64,000 bases of DNA. It comes from Octopus sinensis. Its lineage: Eukaryota. The DNA lies in assembly GCF_006345805.1 (NCBI RefSeq), contig NC_042997.1, positions 67,022,001 to 67,086,000 of the forward strand. Direction: 5' to 3'. A program made the translations under genes and the position numbers. Every line of letters starts with the position of its first letter. Position 1 is the stretch's first letter. Of this stretch, positions 62,729 through 64,000 are shown piece by piece. The notes under the pieces were generated by a model. That model made no database searches. It worked only from the letters and a program-made list of their open reading frames with translations, and was not told the origin of the DNA.

Positions 62729-63736
62729 ATGAGTGTGTTTGTATATACGTACGTTTGTAAAGATCTACACACATGGATTTGTTTATATCCATCTGAATCT
62801 GAACATGTGTATAACTTTTATAAAACCCAGTGTGTATGTGTGTGTATGTGTGTGTATGAGTGTAGGTATGTGTATGCGCGTGTGCGCACGCACATACACA
62901 CACACTTACGCACACATAAATTTACGAGAGGGTACTGACAGGTTCCTGACTTTGAGTAAAATAAATTCGGGAGGATCAGTTAATTATGACTGATTTTATT
63001 CAACTTATTCCCTTCTTAAATTCACACGCAAATTGCAGCGGTCCTTCATTTTTTCTAAGCCCTGTAAAAGAACTAAGTCCTCTAAAAGAAGATTGGGTCT
63101 CCCACCAGGCCTTTTGCAATATCCTTAAGGCTAGGAACGTTTCAGCACTCCTTCGTATACATACACGCGCGCACACATGTATGTATAGTTGTTGGATGAG
63201 AAGGAAATATGAACTGTATATATAATTACTGAATGTGAAGCAAAAGCGGTGAATCTGAGGACTGTTGCGTATTACTGTTCAACTGATCAGGCTGATTCAG
63301 ATTGTTAATAGGGAGTAACCATCGAGTTTAGGAATATAGTGTATTCTGCATCCTCTGGGAGGTGGGGATTAAATTTCAAGTACGGAATGCATCTTGCAGA
63401 GGACCAGGAAATTTGATTGCCTAGGAAAGGCTGAAATTCTCACTATTGCAACTATGATTCGCTATTTAGAGAATCCAGGGAAACCATAGGGAGAGAGAAT
63501 GTGATTGAAACGTTGAAAGAGGGAAGTTGGTGGTAGGCGCTAAGGTTTCTGTTGACCCAGGCAGTATCTGGCTTATTGTTGGAATTCCTCTGCTACAGGA
63601 ACGCACTTAAATATTCTTAAATGCAGACAAAAGACAGCTTATTATCTTAACATTTAAGACGTGATAAGATGGAAAACGAAGTGAGGATACGTCTACCGTC
63701 AATATTTTTTAAAAATCTTAATATATGTAAATTTAA

Positions 63737-64000
63737 AGGCGGCGAGCTGCCAGAAACATTAGCACGCAGAGTGAAATGCTTAGCAGTATTGCGTCTGCTG
63801 TTACGTTCTGAGTTCAAATCCCGCCGAGGTCGACTTTGCCTTTCATCCTTTCGGGGTCGGTAAATTAAGTACCAGTTACGCACTGGGGTCGATTTAATCG
63901 ACTTAATTCCCTTGTCTGTCCTTGTTTGTCCCCTCTGTGTTTAGCCCCTAGTGGGCAATAAAGAAATAAGTATTTCGTCTGTCTTTATGTTCTGAGTTCA
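63737..64000 (+). mobile_element. Complete Meta-domain SINE (tail type A), followed by the start of another partial copy
   Basis: aggcggcgagctgccagaaac...gagttcaaatcccgccgaggtcgactttgcctttcatcctttcggggtcgg...ttagcccctagtgggcaataaagaaataag. Confidence 0.88.

Overview
AT-rich, microsatellite-dense eukaryotic DNA, almost certainly octopus (Octopus sp.), judged from its tRNA-derived SINE families and its (TA)n/(CATA)n/(TATC)n load. No host protein-coding gene can be confidently identified; only three weak exon candidates and one CpG-rich promoter-like island were seen. Nearly all ORFs in the supplied track are microsatellite artefacts or decayed transposon ORFs. The window is a nest of transposable elements: three Tx1/L1-clade LINE copies, a near full-length degenerate RTE LINE, a non-autonomous RTE derivative, an R4/Dong fragment embedded in TAA repeats, two CR1/Jockey-type fragments, an internally deleted Mag-like Gypsy LTR element with both LTRs, PBS and PPT, a palindromic mariner derivative, several MITE/foldback hairpins, about 20 SINE copies and Penelope-like remnants. 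Best leads: (1) the 3' tail of one Meta-domain SINE subfamily matches the 3' ends of the Tx1/L1 LINEs, with a covarying terminal hairpin; (2) at least three unrelated repeat families carry type-I hammerhead ribozyme motifs with palindromic helix III; (3) the LTR element has a tandem double PBS; (4) several unrelated retroelements sit inside microsatellites. All family names come from motif recognition by eye, not database searches, and many boundaries are approximate.
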